Below are positions 35,890 through 49,474 of a stretch of 64,000 bases of DNA, piece by piece. A program made the position numbers and the translations under genes. Under the pieces are notes generated by a model that ran no database searches, was not told the origin of the DNA, and worked only from the letters and a program-made list of their open reading frames with translations. The DNA is from Octopus vulgaris. Its lineage: Eukaryota. Each line of letters begins with the position of its first letter. Within the stretch, counting starts at the first letter, position 1. Location of the stretch: contig OX597817.1 of NCBI GenBank assembly GCA_951406725.2, positions 133,982,001-134,046,000 on the forward strand. Reading direction: 5' to 3'.

Positions 35890-37400
35890 TGCAGATTTTG
35901 AGGGGATAAACGATGTAGTATTTAAATTATTCCAAAGTGTTTTCGCTTGTACAGGGAAATAAGTAAACCTGATGAGTTTAACACCGCAGATCTACGTGAG
36001 AAACAGGCAACCATAGATTACATCGACATAAAAGAGGAAAATGTAATATTGGGCCTTGATGAGATGAACGTGAACTCGGCAACGGTTCCAGAAATATTTT
36101 CAGTCTTTCTTTTGAAGGCATGAGAAAAATGCTCTTGCAAAACTGTTGTAGGCACTATTTCAAAGTTTGCTTTGCACGCAGTAAACTTTCCAGAATGTTA
36201 AAAGAAGGTATAATATCCTTTGTCCATAAAGAGAGAAGCAGAACGGCTGCTAAAACTTACCCACCTATCTCTTTGACCTCACATCTTAGTGTCATGGAAC
36301 ACCTTGTCATAATGAAGGAGTCTGGTCATGTTCTTGGAACAAAATATCTTGCTTACAAACACGCAACGAGGCTTCCTTCGAGGGAGGAGCTGCCTCGCAC
36401 GGCATTATGACTTGGTACTGAAACAATTGTAGATGCGATATCTCAACTTTGCCAAAGTCTTCGACTGATTTTCATCATAGGATATGCCACAAACCGCCCG
36501 ACATTGGTATTGCGGGTTTTTGAGTAGGCACATGAGTTTTTAAAAGGCAGGAGTCAAACAGTTGCAGCCAGTAGTGCTTTCTGTGGGGGAGACTTCAGTT
36601 CTCTCAGAGAAGTGTACTGGGGCCACTACTGTTTGTAGTGTCTCTCTCAGACATGCCTTCAGCCATAGCCAGCTACTCTCACCAACTATGGTGATGATAC
36701 ACAGTCGGTCAACGACCCTGACCGCATATTAAAACTACAAAACGACCTGTATGCAATATACAGATGGGCTGATGAAAATAACATGCAGTTCAATGCCAAG
36801 AAGGTTTAAGTGCTCCACTATCAGCCCACAAACAGACTACAATCGGACTACACAGGACCAGGGAGTAGTGCAGTTGTTAGTTGGTACGTGATCTGTGAAT
36901 GCACATGAGGGGCGATGCATCAGTCCATGTGCCTATTACCCGATGAGCTACTGGGAGAGGCTAAAGAAACTGCGACTCTACTTCCGAGAGAGAAGAATAC
37001 AAATGAAACATTCTGGAAGCTTAACTTTGGAATTGAAAGCTACACCAAGCACTAAACTGGATGGCATTGCATGGTGCCAAAGATCCGGCCTTCTCCATTT
37101 CAAATAAGGACACAATACTGTAATACTGTAACAGCTTGGGTTTCAAGGGTCCACCACAATTCGACATTCTGTCGAACAACCTCAGGGATTTGCGAGGTGT
37201 ACAGTAGGAGGTCTTCAAAGAGCGTCTGGACAAATGTCTGAGGTGCCAGATTAACCTACATTATGGCAGGAGGCACGACGAAGAGCAGCTCCGTCCAACT
37301 CGCTACTTCACCAGAAACAATACAAAAGAGGAAGTCAATGCCACTGAAAGGCCACAGCATGCCACAGCATGGCCTCAGCCTTCGGCTGAAACAAAAAGAC
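35890..37400 (+). mobile_element. Decayed CR1/Jockey-group LINE reverse transcriptase
   Basis: Reads HKERSRTAAKTYPPISLTSH, FAKVFD, SVLGPLLFVVSLSDMP, YGDDT, LQNDLYAIYRWADENNMQFN and MSYWERLKKLRLY. Confidence 0.88.
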
Positions 37401-37454
37401 AAAAAAAACGAAATACACACGCTCTCTCTCTCTCTCTTTCTCTCTTTCTCTCTT

Positions 37455-37497
<43 letters not shown>

Positions 37498-37991
37498 GTG
37501 TCTTTTTCTCTCTCTCTCTCTCTCTCTCTGTTTCTCTCTCTCTGAAATAACACTACTCCAGTGATTAATATTCTGTTTTGATAATTTAATTTTGAAATAA
37601 ATATTTCTTTTATATTTCTCCCAACAAATAATCAAATTGATGTTCACATCAAATTGATGTTCACATCAATGCTAAGACCCTACTTATCTAACTTAATAAT
37701 AGCTTTTGCTTAAGCCATTTCATTCTTCTTTTCTGGTTTCCTTCTTAGTAAATCCTCTGTGGGGAATTCTTATTATTAAGTGGATGTCATAATTCCCATT
37801 CTCCTTCTTGAAACAATTTCATTTCACAATATTCCAATCTCCAAGGAATTTCACTTCCATATTTTCTGCATATTAAATGTGGTTTTCTGGTAGAATATTT
37901 AAATATGTTACAATTGAAAAAAAGGATACAGCTTTCCTCCACCTACTCCTCAATATTACATTATTCACGTACACACACACACACACATACA

Positions 37992-38075
<84 letters not shown>

Positions 38076-38880
38076 GTACACGCAATCACAATGGCTGCTA
38101 CTGAATAATCTCCCATATTTAACATGCCGAAGAATGGTGAATCTAGGAAGTTATTTTGATCCGCCGTCTCTCTTTCTATATATATACATATGTGCACGCG
38201 TGTCTATGTGTGCGTGCACGCACGCGTGTTTCTGTGTTAAAATTGTTTATTAACACATGTCTATATACGCTGGCACTTACGCTCATGTGATGTGTGTGTA
38301 TACATGTCTCTATAGAACGTAATGCGGCTTAGTGCGTACAACAATTCCGTATGCGTTCATTTGTGCCTGGATCCTTGTAAATATTGAGGAGAAACACAGT
38401 CTATGAATGTGATGTTACAAACCTACAAATACGTGTATATAGACGTGTATTACAAGATTACTATTATACATGTATTTGTAGATTTCCCTGTCTTCCTGGC
38501 ATATTTACATAGTTATGTATACACACACACAACACACACACACACATACACAGTTATTAGTGAAGGATTATCAATCCGGGCAAAATCCTTTGTAAGCTCT
38601 CTGTTACTAAACCAGGCTCTTCCACTTATTGCCTCTCGTCGCTCCCCTCCCCATACCCGTATTAGTCTTTCAGTGTTCTGCCTGGTTATATCCAGAAATG
38701 ACTGACGAAAGTTGCATCAATTTTCTAGGTCGTTCAATTTTATTTCAACCGATCGATGGGCCGACTGAGTAAAGCTATCAAGAAGGAACCTATAGTGACT
38801 ACTGGAAACAACTGTAAGCTAAGTCACTACAGTAAGGAACCAAACAATCACCATTATAGATAGATAGCGCACATAGATAT

Positions 38881-39605
38881 ACTGGTTGCGGTGAATATAT
38901 TGTTGTCTAAATTACACAAAAATCGAACATTTTAACAGATGTATTTACCAAAATTACATATTTTTGCCTTGAGTTGCCTTCAGTTCATCTTTGGTGCTAA
39001 AAGAAGTTTTGATACTCTCTCGCTCAACTGCACCCCACACATAATAGTCAAGGGTGTTGCAGTCTGGGAAGTTAGGTGGCCAGCTGTTAGGGGTGAGGTG
39101 GACGCAGAAATCGCCCGACAGCCACAGTTGGATTCTCCTGCTTGTGTAGCATGCAGCAGAGTCCTGTTGCCAGACATAGGGTCTTACAGCAGCCACCCTC
39201 TTGACCCAGGACGGTACTACCTCCTCCAGACAGATGATGTAGGCCTGTGTTGAGTCTGAGGCCGTGTGGGAAGATGAATAGAGGCATAACGTCCTCATCA
39301 ACAATGATCACTCCAAACACCATGATGTTGACTGGGTGTTTGATTTTTATCACTCTCGGTACATGTCCTCAGATTGACACCAAAACACTCTGAAATGTTT
39401 GTATTGGAGTTTCCGGCGCGAATGCCAAGCAGTAGAGCATGTCGTTTCCAAATTGCTGGCAGAGTGAATTGCTTTATGATGCTGTTTTCCGCACAGACGG
39501 TACCCAACAGATCCTACTATACTCTGTAGTTGACAAAATCAGAAACAATGTGCATGCTTGAAATCAAAAATATAAACTGACGACAATTTACTCATCGCAC
39601 TCTGT
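38881..39605 (-). mobile_element. Internally deleted Tc1/maT-like transposon with both TIRs
   Basis: Motifs KHPVNIMVFGVI, WQQDSAACYTS and WPPNFPDCNTLDYYVWGAVE. Degenerate TIRs actggttgcggtgaatatattgttgtc / gacgacaatttactcatcgcactctgt. Confidence 0.88.
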
Positions 39606-40013
39606 CTATCAGGAACAAAGCTGCAGAGCAATGTCTACCCGGGATTAATATCTACAACAACTGAACCATGTAAATGCACATAAATGCTGCATCAAAGGAC
39701 ACTAGGACACTTGACCGGCAGAAACATGTGTTGGATTGGAAATCTAAATTTAATGAGAATAACACTGCACTATTATTGAGGATGTGTAATTCTCCAGTCC
39801 TGTTAATGATATCTTAATTATAGACTCTATGTTGAAGGAAATCCAATGAAGCAGACTCAGGATTTATCTGTCGAGTAACATAACTTCCTTGTAATTGCTT
39901 ATCTGAAACAATTTTGTATGTTTCCTATCATTCGGTGTGGTTAGTCAGATCCGGATTATATGAAAGCTAATAAAGGTACCTGTCCAGATTTCTTATCCCT
40001 ATTCCTTTAAGTT

Positions 40014-40047
<34 letters not shown>

Positions 40048-40049
40048 CT

Positions 40050-40635
40050 ATCTCTCCACATCTCTCTCACTCTCTCTCCACATCTCTCTCACTCTCTCTC
40101 CACATCTCTCTCACTCTCTCTCCACATCTCTCTCACTTTCTCTCCACATCTCTCTCACTCTCTCTCCACATCTCTCTCACTCTCTCTCCACATCTCTCTC
40201 ACTCTCTCTCCACATCTCTCTCACTCTCTCTCCACATCTCTCTCACTCTCTCTCCACATCTCTCTCACTCTCTCTCCACATCTCTCTCACTCTCTCTCCA
40301 CATCTCTCTCCACATCTCTCTCCACATCTCTCTCCACATCTCTCTCCACATCTCTCTCCACATCTCTCTCCACATCTCTCTCCACATCTCTCTCCACATC
40401 TCTCTCCACATCTCTCTCCACATCTCTCTCCACATCTCTCTCCACATCTCTCTCCACATCTCTCTCACTCTCTCTCCACATCTCTCTCACTCTCTCTCCA
40501 CATCTCTCTCCACATCTCTCTCCACATCTCTCTCCACATCTCTCTCCACATCTCTCTCCACATCTCTCTCCACATCTCTCTCCACATCTCTCTCACTCTC
40601 TCTCCATATCTATCTATCTCTCCACATCTCTCTCT
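40050..40635 (+). repeat. Compound minisatellite with 22-bp (ctctccacatctctctcactct) and 12-bp (ctctccacatct) units
   Basis: Nearly perfect tandem units in alternating blocks. Confidence 0.95.
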
Positions 40636-41034
40636 CTCTATATATATATATATATCCCCCTCTCCATATCTATCTATCTCTCCATATCTCTCTCTCTCTC
40701 TCTCCATATCAATCGACCTCTTCAGACCGATCTCCCTCTCTCCCTCCCTCTCACTCCGTCTCCCTCTCTCCCTCCCTCTCACTCTCTCTCCGTCAGTCTC
40801 TCTCTCCCCGACCCTCTCGCTCTCTCCGTCTCCCCCGAGCGAGAAGTTATGAATAGGGGTGGGAACCAAGGCACTTTTGCATGTATGTTCGGTTGTCCCT
40901 CGGGAGGGTCGTTATAGCAATAATAAACACACTCACCGGTTCTATTTCACGTTTATTATTCGTCAATTGGTTAATGTTTTTCGAAGTCTCTCCCTCGTCG
41001 CCATTCTCGAGTTTTTCAGTGACATGAATTCTTA

Positions 41035-41422
41035 GTGCTCGACTGATACTTATTTTATCGACCCCAAAAGGATGAAACACAGAATACATGGTCGGAATTT
41101 ATACTGAGAATGTTACAAATTGCAAGAGATTTGGTTTAGTATTTTATCCAGCGCGGTAATGCTTCCGCCAGTTGGTCACTTAAATCACAATAATAATAAT
41201 AATAATAATCCTTTCTATTGGGAGCAGATCGCCTCAAATTTGGGGGAAGAGATCAAGTCGATTACATCGATCCCAGTGCGTAACTGGTACTTAATTTATC
41301 GACCCCGGAAGGATGAAACGCATAGTCAACCCCGGCGGAATTTGAACTCAGAACATGGAGGACAGCATTTCGCCCAGCGTACTAAACGATTCTGCAAGCT
41401 GGTCACCTGAATAATAATAATA

Positions 41423-41458
<36 letters not shown>

Positions 41459-41640
41459 TTGGTTCACGGGCAGCAATTTCGAGTAAGTGGGTAAGTCGGT
41501 TACATTGACCCCAGTGCGTAACTGGTACTTATTTTATCAATCCTCGAAACGATGAATTTGAACTCAGAATGGAAGTACAGGCAAAATGCCGCTGAGCATT
41601 TCCTTCAACGCGCTAACAATTGTCAACATACCACCTTGAT
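41035..41640 (-). mobile_element. Cluster of three diverged SINE family 1 copies separated by (AAT)n
   Basis: tttatcgacccc..ggatgaaa..aatttgaactcagaa motifs at ~41055, ~41295 and ~41535. Confidence 0.85.
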
Positions 41641-43430
41641 GATGATGATCATGATAGTTTCATAATCTGGTGCATATATCAAGTAACTGAGCAGAATTTT
41701 CCGTAAAAGCTGTGGGGTACCCTTCATTTCTCTCCCGCCGCAGCACTCGGCGATAACCGGCTTCACTTTCTCAGCATTTTCACGGTTGTGGAATCTCTCT
41801 TTATTGAACGTCCTGCCAGATGTGTAGGGACCGCGTCGGGTTTGTAGGGCGGCGTATTTTCAAGAGCGACACATAAAAGCCTGTAACTTCCGTGAACATT
41901 ATAAAAAGACGCGTGATAAATTAAGGTCCATACATCTAATAAATGCATTTATATATTCTCCAAACGACACAAACTGTGAAATGCCCTCGTTTCAAATTCT
42001 CACCAGCATTCATCATTCACAATATTACACTGCACAACCTGTACACTAAAATATCACGACCGTCTCTCATCTCCCCCTTTTCCCCCTTTCGGCCTCCTTT
42101 TCATTCCATACCCACTCTCCCTGCTCTCTCTCCTCATCCATCTCTTCTCGCTATCTCTTCCTCTCTTATCTCCCCCGTCTCTCTCCCCTCTCTCTCTCGT
42201 TCGTGCAATTTCAACTATTTTTTAAAAAGATGTATTTTTTTAATTATATTCGGTCTGTTGAATTACAAAAACGTTCTGTGTGAAACGAAGGGTTTAATTT
42301 GCAGATATATATGTGCGTGCACGCATGTGTACATACATGACGAGGTATCTATATGTGAAATATATGGGTGTGTGGGGGTAGATTTATGTATGTATATCTT
42401 TGTTTGTTTTTGTGTAGGTGGGTGTATCTGTGTGTATGCATCCATATATATGTGTGTGTGTAAACCACCTGTACAAACTATATTGTGTAAATACCTATGT
42501 GTGTGTGCCTGTATTCATATTTGTAGTAAATATCGGAGTTTCCCTATTTACCAGTTCTGTGAAGGTGTTAACCATTTAATAGAGTAAGTCATATGTAACA
42601 GTACAGAATTATGACTAAAATCCTCTTTGATCGTTGAAGTTCCACATGTAAGATGTTGTTTGATAACCAGAATCATGTGAGGACATTAAAGCGAAGTCTT
42701 GTACAAACATTGCTACAATATCACGTACTTTCGTTACACTCTTTAGAAATATTGGTTTTATATGTGAAACATATATGGAATAAATTACGATTTCATTTAA
42801 ACTCTGTGTGCGTGTGTGTGTGTTCACAAACGATTCTGCCATTATATACACACAGTTACCTTCCACCTTGTGACTAGGCGATTGAAAAACATTGTCCTTA
42901 ACAACTTCCGCCTATTCCTGTCATTCACTATTAGTTATCTTTTCGGAAAGATTCTCTATGCAACCTTGGGTACAGTAGTGTTTCTCTCTCCACCACCCAG
43001 ACCGGCTCAATACATCTCTACCGTATGTTCTCCACCTCGATGTCTTATACGTCGGTTCATTTCTTATATGACAACTCTTTTTAAATACCAAGTCCACCGT
43101 CAAATAGATCAATCGCTTTGACCATGTTGCTAGCAAAAACGAATATAGTTAACTTGAAAACCGTAATGAAGTACATTTGAGGGAAACCGGACGCTGTCAG
43201 TAGCAACGCCCAGGGTCACTGTGTCCATCAAGTCTGACGTAAGCCACCCGGCTACTTATTTGACCATCTTTCAGTCTGAGTCACGCTCCAGTATTTTGGC
43301 TCTGAGACCTGCAGATACTAAGAGACCAAACCTCTGTGTTATACCTCGCTAACTCTGCCCTGTAGGGTCTTCATAAACACCCCAATCTCATTAGACTATG
43401 CCTTTCACTCACATCACCTTCAACGACAAG

Positions 43431-43585
43431 ACACACCTACCCGCATGCACACGCACACACACCTACCCGCATGCACACGCACACACACCTACCCGCATGC
43501 ACACGCACACACACCTACCCGCATGCACACGCACACACACCTACTCGCATGCACACGCACACACACCTACCCGCATGCACACACA
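43431..43585 (+). repeat. 26-bp minisatellite (acacacctacccgcatgcacacgcac)
   Basis: About 5.5 tandem copies. Confidence 0.9.
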
Positions 43586-43747
43586 CGCACACACACACAC
43601 ACTACTCGCACACCTACACACACCTACCCACACACAATTTATTAAAGTACCATAAACATTCATAAAACAGAAAATATCTTGAATTAATTATTAACTGGCA
43701 ATACATTACTTGGACATTCACAACACTATATCTGATGCTATTACTTG

Positions 43748-43930
43748 TGAAGTTTTCTCCTGTCACTTTTTTCCTGGTGACTTTTTTTTCCAGCGACATT
43801 TTTTCTGGGAACGTTTTTTTTCCGGTAACGGTTTTCTTTTAGGTTACTTTTTCCTGGTGACTTTTTTTTCTGGTGACTTTTTTTTTTTTTCAGTGACTTC
43901 TTTTTCTCCTGTGACTTTTTTTTTACCTGG
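43748..43930 (+). repeat. Short gtgacttttttcc(tg) repeat array, probably a DNA-transposon terminus
   Basis: About ten degenerate units. The transposon assignment is an inference. Confidence 0.55.
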
Positions 43931-44060
43931 CAGTTTATGAAGCAGGTACTGAAGTGTGTTTTTGAAGAACATCTTACTAATCAGTGGTCCTACTAATGAG
44001 TGGTCCTTCTGTGGATGCCAAGATATTCTGTGTGAGGGCAGTATTTTATTGTGTGTCGCA

Positions 44061-44222
44061 TGTGTTTTATGCAGTTTAACGCATGCACCCTTTGTACTAT
44101 ATAGAGATTACTTACAGTAATACTCATTGTACTAGATACTCTGTGTACTGTGTTTTATGCAGTGTAACGCATATACTCTTTGTACTATATAGAGATTACT
44201 TACAGCCAGTACGCTTGTGCAC
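44061..44222 (+). repeat. ~89-bp tandem duplication
   Basis: tgtgttttatgcagt..ctttgtactatatagagattacttacag occurs twice. Confidence 0.9.
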
Positions 44223-45230
44223 TCCCTTCTACAGTTTCAGGGTTGATATTGGAATCGAAGCATCGTCATTTACATGTGAAAAAAAAATTGTTAGAGCTTG
44301 GATGAAAAGTAAGATAACCTTAAAAAAAAAAAATCTACCTTCCACGTTGATAAAAGAATATGGCACCGATATTCTAAATTCTTGACCCCTCGCGGCAACT
44401 GAACTTCTGGAGCGTCTCTTAGATTTATTGTTGCTGGTCAACGACCAGTTTCCTCGGATTCCAGATTTTTGCCAAAGTATTCTTTTTAATTTCTCATACA
44501 CGTTAGAGCTGCATTGTTGAATGTGCTTGAAGTAGACAGTGTTTGCTCCTCAATATTTGACATAGCTTTGAGTGTGTAGCCTTCATTGTCAGAACTTTTT
44601 GTGTAACTCTGTTCAGATGTTCTCTACATCATTTCATTTCATATATTCTTTCATACATTTCTCTCTCTCTCTCCCTCTACGCACACACACACGTGTGTGT
44701 GTGTGTGTACTGGCGATTTCGAAACTGCATATATATTTCTTCACTTATTTACGTACACACACACACACACATATATTGGAAGAGAGGGAAATAGAAAGAA
44801 AGCGGTGGCAGACAATAAGACACACGGACAGATATTGCATCCTTTCATTTCTTTGTGCTAAATAATATGAAATCTATTCCTCTACTGTCATACTTTCATA
44901 CAATATTATTGACCAGATTATAAAAATACGACTCGAAATGGCGATAATGCTTAAATATAAAGCAAGTGAACGAATTACGAGCAAATCCAATGATGACATT
45001 TCTGCAATAAAACGTCAATATGACTATCTGCACACACAATAAAAGACGCGTAGATAGATGTGGATATTTCCTCGTGTCATAGGACTAAATATTCTAACAT
45101 AGCGTTAACGATATATTGAGGACTTAGGGGGTATTGTACTTTAGATTAAGATTGGCGAGAGGGGTGGATTCGAGACGTCCAATGCGTAAATAGGTAAGTT
45201 TCTCTCAGGCAAACACACATATATGCCTAG

Positions 45231-45268
<38 letters not shown>

Positions 45269-46034
45269 ATATGTTCACATGTGAATTTGAGCGTATGTTA
45301 CACAGGTGTGTGTGTGTGTATGCATTAGTGTATGTATATATATATAGTGTGGGGTGAATGTGTGCAAACAAGTGTGTGCTGCATGTGTGCACGTGATGTG
45401 TGGATGCCGTCGTGCATGTGCGTATATGTAAATGTCGTTTACCATATATAATCACATCAGTTATTTAGCCGTGTTTCGTTTTCATTCTCTTCCCTCCACG
45501 GATTAATTTATCCATCTACACACGTCACACGCATGTCTGTGTGCGTGCACTGACCCACAAGCTCACTCGCGTACACTCATAATACACACACATAAATATT
45601 GACCGAACGTCGTTAAAAGAATAAGACATTACCTTAATTGAAACCTATTCACTCGCACCGACGCCCTCTCTCGCACTTTAAAAGCACCCACTAATTTGGT
45701 CTCCCCCACCACATACAAATACACACACTCTCTTTCTCTCTGCATACTCTCTCCCTCTCTCACTTACAATTCCAAACTTTTAAATACAACCCTAGTTTAA
45801 CTACACCGTGACAGACCTGGGGCCACGACAACCTGTCATCGATGAAGTCGGGCCGGGCGAAAAAGCACAACAAACAATGTCTGACTGGTTGATCATACGA
45901 TAAGTTAATCATTTAACTGGTTGATTGATAGTAGAGAATGGAAATATAACCAGAGCGTGTGTTTTTATTTACGAAATGACTGTCTTGACAAATTACGCTT
46001 TAGCGTATGCTTTCATAACGCGTGTACACACACA

Positions 46035-46071
<37 letters not shown>

Positions 46072-46249
46072 CCAGAAATTGCACTGTTGTGGAACTCGAA
46101 TCGCGGATTAATATTCAATTTAAGTAAATCATTCAATCGTGGTTCGACCCAATACAAGTCAAGTGTATGTGTATATATCATCATATACGTATATGTGAGC
46201 GTATGTATATATGTTTGTGTATGTTTATATATACACAGAGAAATTTATG

Positions 46250-46592
46250 TAGGTGGCACTCCGTCGGTTACGACGACGAGGGTTCCAGTTGATCCGATCA
46301 ACGGAACAGCCTGCTCGTGAAATTACCCTGCAAGTGGCCGAACATTCCACAGATACGTGTACCCTTAACGTAAAGATTCAGCGTGACACAGTGTGACAAG
46401 GCTGGCCCCTTTGAAATACAGTTCCGAGTGAGAGAAAGTTGTGGTGAAAGAGTACAGCAGGGTTCGCCACCATCCCCTGTCGGAGCCTCGTAGAGCTTTA
46501 AGCGTTTTCGCTCAATAAACACTCACAACACCCGGTCTTGGAATCGAAACCGCGAGTCAGCTGCCCTAACCACTGGGCCATTGCGCCGCCAC
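46250..46592 (-). mobile_element. SINE family 3 (tRNA-derived head)
   Basis: Reverse-complement head ggcgcaatggcccagtggttagggcagctgactcgcggtttcgattcc. Second copy at 54720-55005. Confidence 0.88.
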
Positions 46593-47081
46593 TAATACCA
46601 GGTAACAGACAATAGAAGAAAAAGCCATTTATAAATAACCAAATCAAAACTAATGTAAGTAGAAGAAACACTGCGTATCAGTAGTTCTCAGTTCATTGCT
46701 TATCTAGCAACACTGTCAATAATCTCAATAAAATTAAAATTGAGAGTTAAACATCTCTGCAGATTTGACAATACAGTTTGATTATTAAACTATCATTCTT
46801 AATGAGATATGCGTAAGATTGTGTAACTAAGTCTTTTTGTGAACAATCTCACTCGTCTTGTTTTGTATATTCACTCTGTGACATACCCAAGGACCGATTT
46901 CAACCAAATGATACGTGCACCTTAATACCGTTTTCCTTCACACATGGATATAAATATGGGGTTTTAATACTGATTATTGGTCGTGCGATGCAATAATCTT
47001 TTAAATTGCACTATATGTATATATCTATCAAAAGATTCATTAAACAAGTTATGTCTAATAAAAAAAAACTTATTTAGCTAA

Positions 47082-47225
47082 CATTATTTACATTGTCCTC
47101 ATCTTGTTTGTTGTTAATACAAGGTTTTGGGTGATATACCCTCCAGCCTTCATCAGATGTCTTGGGAAAATTTCGAACCTGGGTTCTCATTCCTAAGGTA
47201 ATTTTCGATGTTGTTGTTGTTATTG

Positions 47226-47270
<45 letters not shown>

Positions 47271-47538
47271 TCACTGCTTAGAATCGAATTCGGAATCTTG
47301 GGATTAGTAGCTTCGATTACAAGCAGTGAGGTGAATAATAATAATAATAATAATAATGATAATAATAATAACATCGAAAAATACCTTAGGAATGAGAACC
47401 CAGGTTCGAAATTTTCCCAAGGAAGGCTGAAGGGTATATCAGCCGAAACGTTGTGTTAACAACAAACAAGATGAGGACAAATGTCGGTCAAATGTGAATA
47501 ATGTACATAATTTCTCATCTCTTAAATATAGAACTGTA
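47082..47538. mobile_element. Fold-back element: two head-to-head tRNA/(AAT)n/HHR arms
   Basis: 47082-47310 is the reverse complement of 47312-47505 and of 12740-12938. Flanked by the 12-bp direct repeat ttatttagctaa (47070-47081, 47539-47550). Confidence 0.9.
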
Positions 47539-47559
47539 TTATTTAGCTAAGTTTTAACA

Positions 47560-48375
47560 TCATCTCCTTCGAAATAGTTACCCTGCGCAGCACTACACCG
47601 GTCCTAGCGTTCTTGCCACTCTTGGAATGCGGTCTGGTAGTCGTTTTCCGTGAGCGCGCCGAGGACCTTCTGCGATTCACTCTTAGTCTCGACAACGGCA
47701 TTAAAACGGCGGCTTTTGAGCTATATTTTCGTCTACACGTTGCTAAATCTGAAGATTAGGGTGGATGCAAAAGCGATCCTGTTTTTGGTGAGAATCTTGT
47801 GAGAGCTCAGCGACAGGGTGCACTGTCGTCATGAAGAATCCAATTCTTCCGGCTCCATAGATGGCGCCCCTTTTACCGAATATCCACCCTTAGACGCTTG
47901 AAAACTCCGCAGTATAACTTTTGATTGCCCTGGGGGTGGGGGCGAATTCTTGATGCACAATACATTTCCTAGGGTGAAACTCGTGGCAGGTCTTCTAGAT
48001 CGCTTATTGTCTTCCGGAGACGATCTTAGGCTTTTGAATGGCCCGTGCCATTCGAAACATTACTTACGACCCATTGTCCCGTTGCTGTAAACTTGCCGAT
48101 GCATGTTCAAATGTCTCTGTAGCAGACTTCCCAAGTTTAACGTAAAATTTCCCGTTGGTTTTTTATTCCAACTTCCTGTCCATGACAAAAATCGCAGACT
48201 ACAGCATAGCATACACGCGATCACAAAAAGCACGAATTTCGCAACTTGCAAAGTAAACACAGCGATATCACTCGGCACACTGCCTGATGGTCTCCGCTAG
48301 CTCTCACTGCTCACACAACCGTGTGCTTCCAACTGTTGATACGTTACAGAACCAACGTTTTCATACCACCTCGTA
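47560..48375 (-). mobile_element. Non-autonomous/decayed mariner element
   Basis: Terminus tacgaggtggtatgaaaa. Reverse complement of the 55278-56090 copy over gcagtgtgccgagtgatatc..atggacaggaagttggaataa. LHDDSAPCR motif (HDNAPAH-like). Confidence 0.8.
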
Positions 48376-49474
48376 TGTATGTATGTAACACATAGCCATA
48401 TATATGATAGATCTCTGTATAGGTAGCTACAGAGCCTTATTCACAAACACATATCTGCACATTGTTTCCACCATACAAGCAAGCATTTATAACATTAACA
48501 GGCACAAATACACATACACGAAATGGTAAACAGCTTTTCTTTTCACAATGTTATATTGAGAAGACGACTGTGTCTTGGGTATATTTTTTTACAAAATCTT
48601 TTCATATTTTCGTATGATTTCCTTGCTATTTCTCAGGAAAATTGAGAAAGTTAGCTTTTCCAGAAACTTCAAGGAAATCAGAGGAAAACAAGAAATGCTA
48701 ATAAAAAAGAAAGCTAAAACACAGCCATATTTTCAATTATATCTAAAATAGTATGTATGGATATACACGTTTGTGTGCTCATGTATATGGCTATAAGCGT
48801 GTTTATGTAGGTGTTGTGACTGTGTGCGCGTGTATATGAATGAATACATACGTATTTATGAATGTATGCATTCGAGAGTGGCATGTATACTTGTGTATAT
48901 GTATCCTTGTGTATGCATGCTAGTGTGTGCATATATAAATATGTAGACTTACAAGCGTATACATGTTTATATGTATGTAAATGTGTGTATGGTCATGCTA
49001 TATTATTAAATGTTTTATTGTGCTCTAATGTACGTCTTTCATTTGAATATTTTCCATTTGCAGTAGATTTCCTAGTTTCATGTGATGTTCAGTGAAAGAG
49101 AGCTGATTTATTAGAAACGGCTCCTGTAATAACTTTACAACACGATCAAGTCAGAGCTAGAAGAATGTAAACAGCGTGTTGGCATCAATTCTGACTGGTC
49201 TTGCATTGAGCTACAACATGGGGTTACTAAGCAGCTCTGGAGCGAACGCATTGAGAGTCTGAAGCATTTTTATAATGATACATGGATGGATGGACACAGG
49301 TATGATTGGGTGGATGTATGATGGATGTCAAACTTGAATACAATAATTTTCATTAACCCAAATGAAAAAGTGTTCTGTACCCACACATGTACACTATATG
49401 CATGGCTACACAGACACACACACACACACACACGCAGTAATATAAATCAGCTTCTAGTGTGTGAAAACTTCAAA

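Noticed and set aside
35966-36008. CTGATGA..GAAA spacing suggestive of a hammerhead
   Set aside because: No convincing stems II, III or I, and it lies inside LINE coding remnant.
40013-40917. 279-300 aa ORFs
   Set aside because: Translations of a stop-free CT-rich minisatellite.
44229-44620. Possible minus-strand exon (YEKLKRILWQKSGIRGNWSL..) ending at a GT
   Set aside because: No recognisable domain, weak splice signals and no partner exons.
45832-45888. HHR-like arrangement cctgtca TCGATGA..GAAA..TC tgactgg
   Set aside because: Two core changes and no stem III pairing; likely chance.
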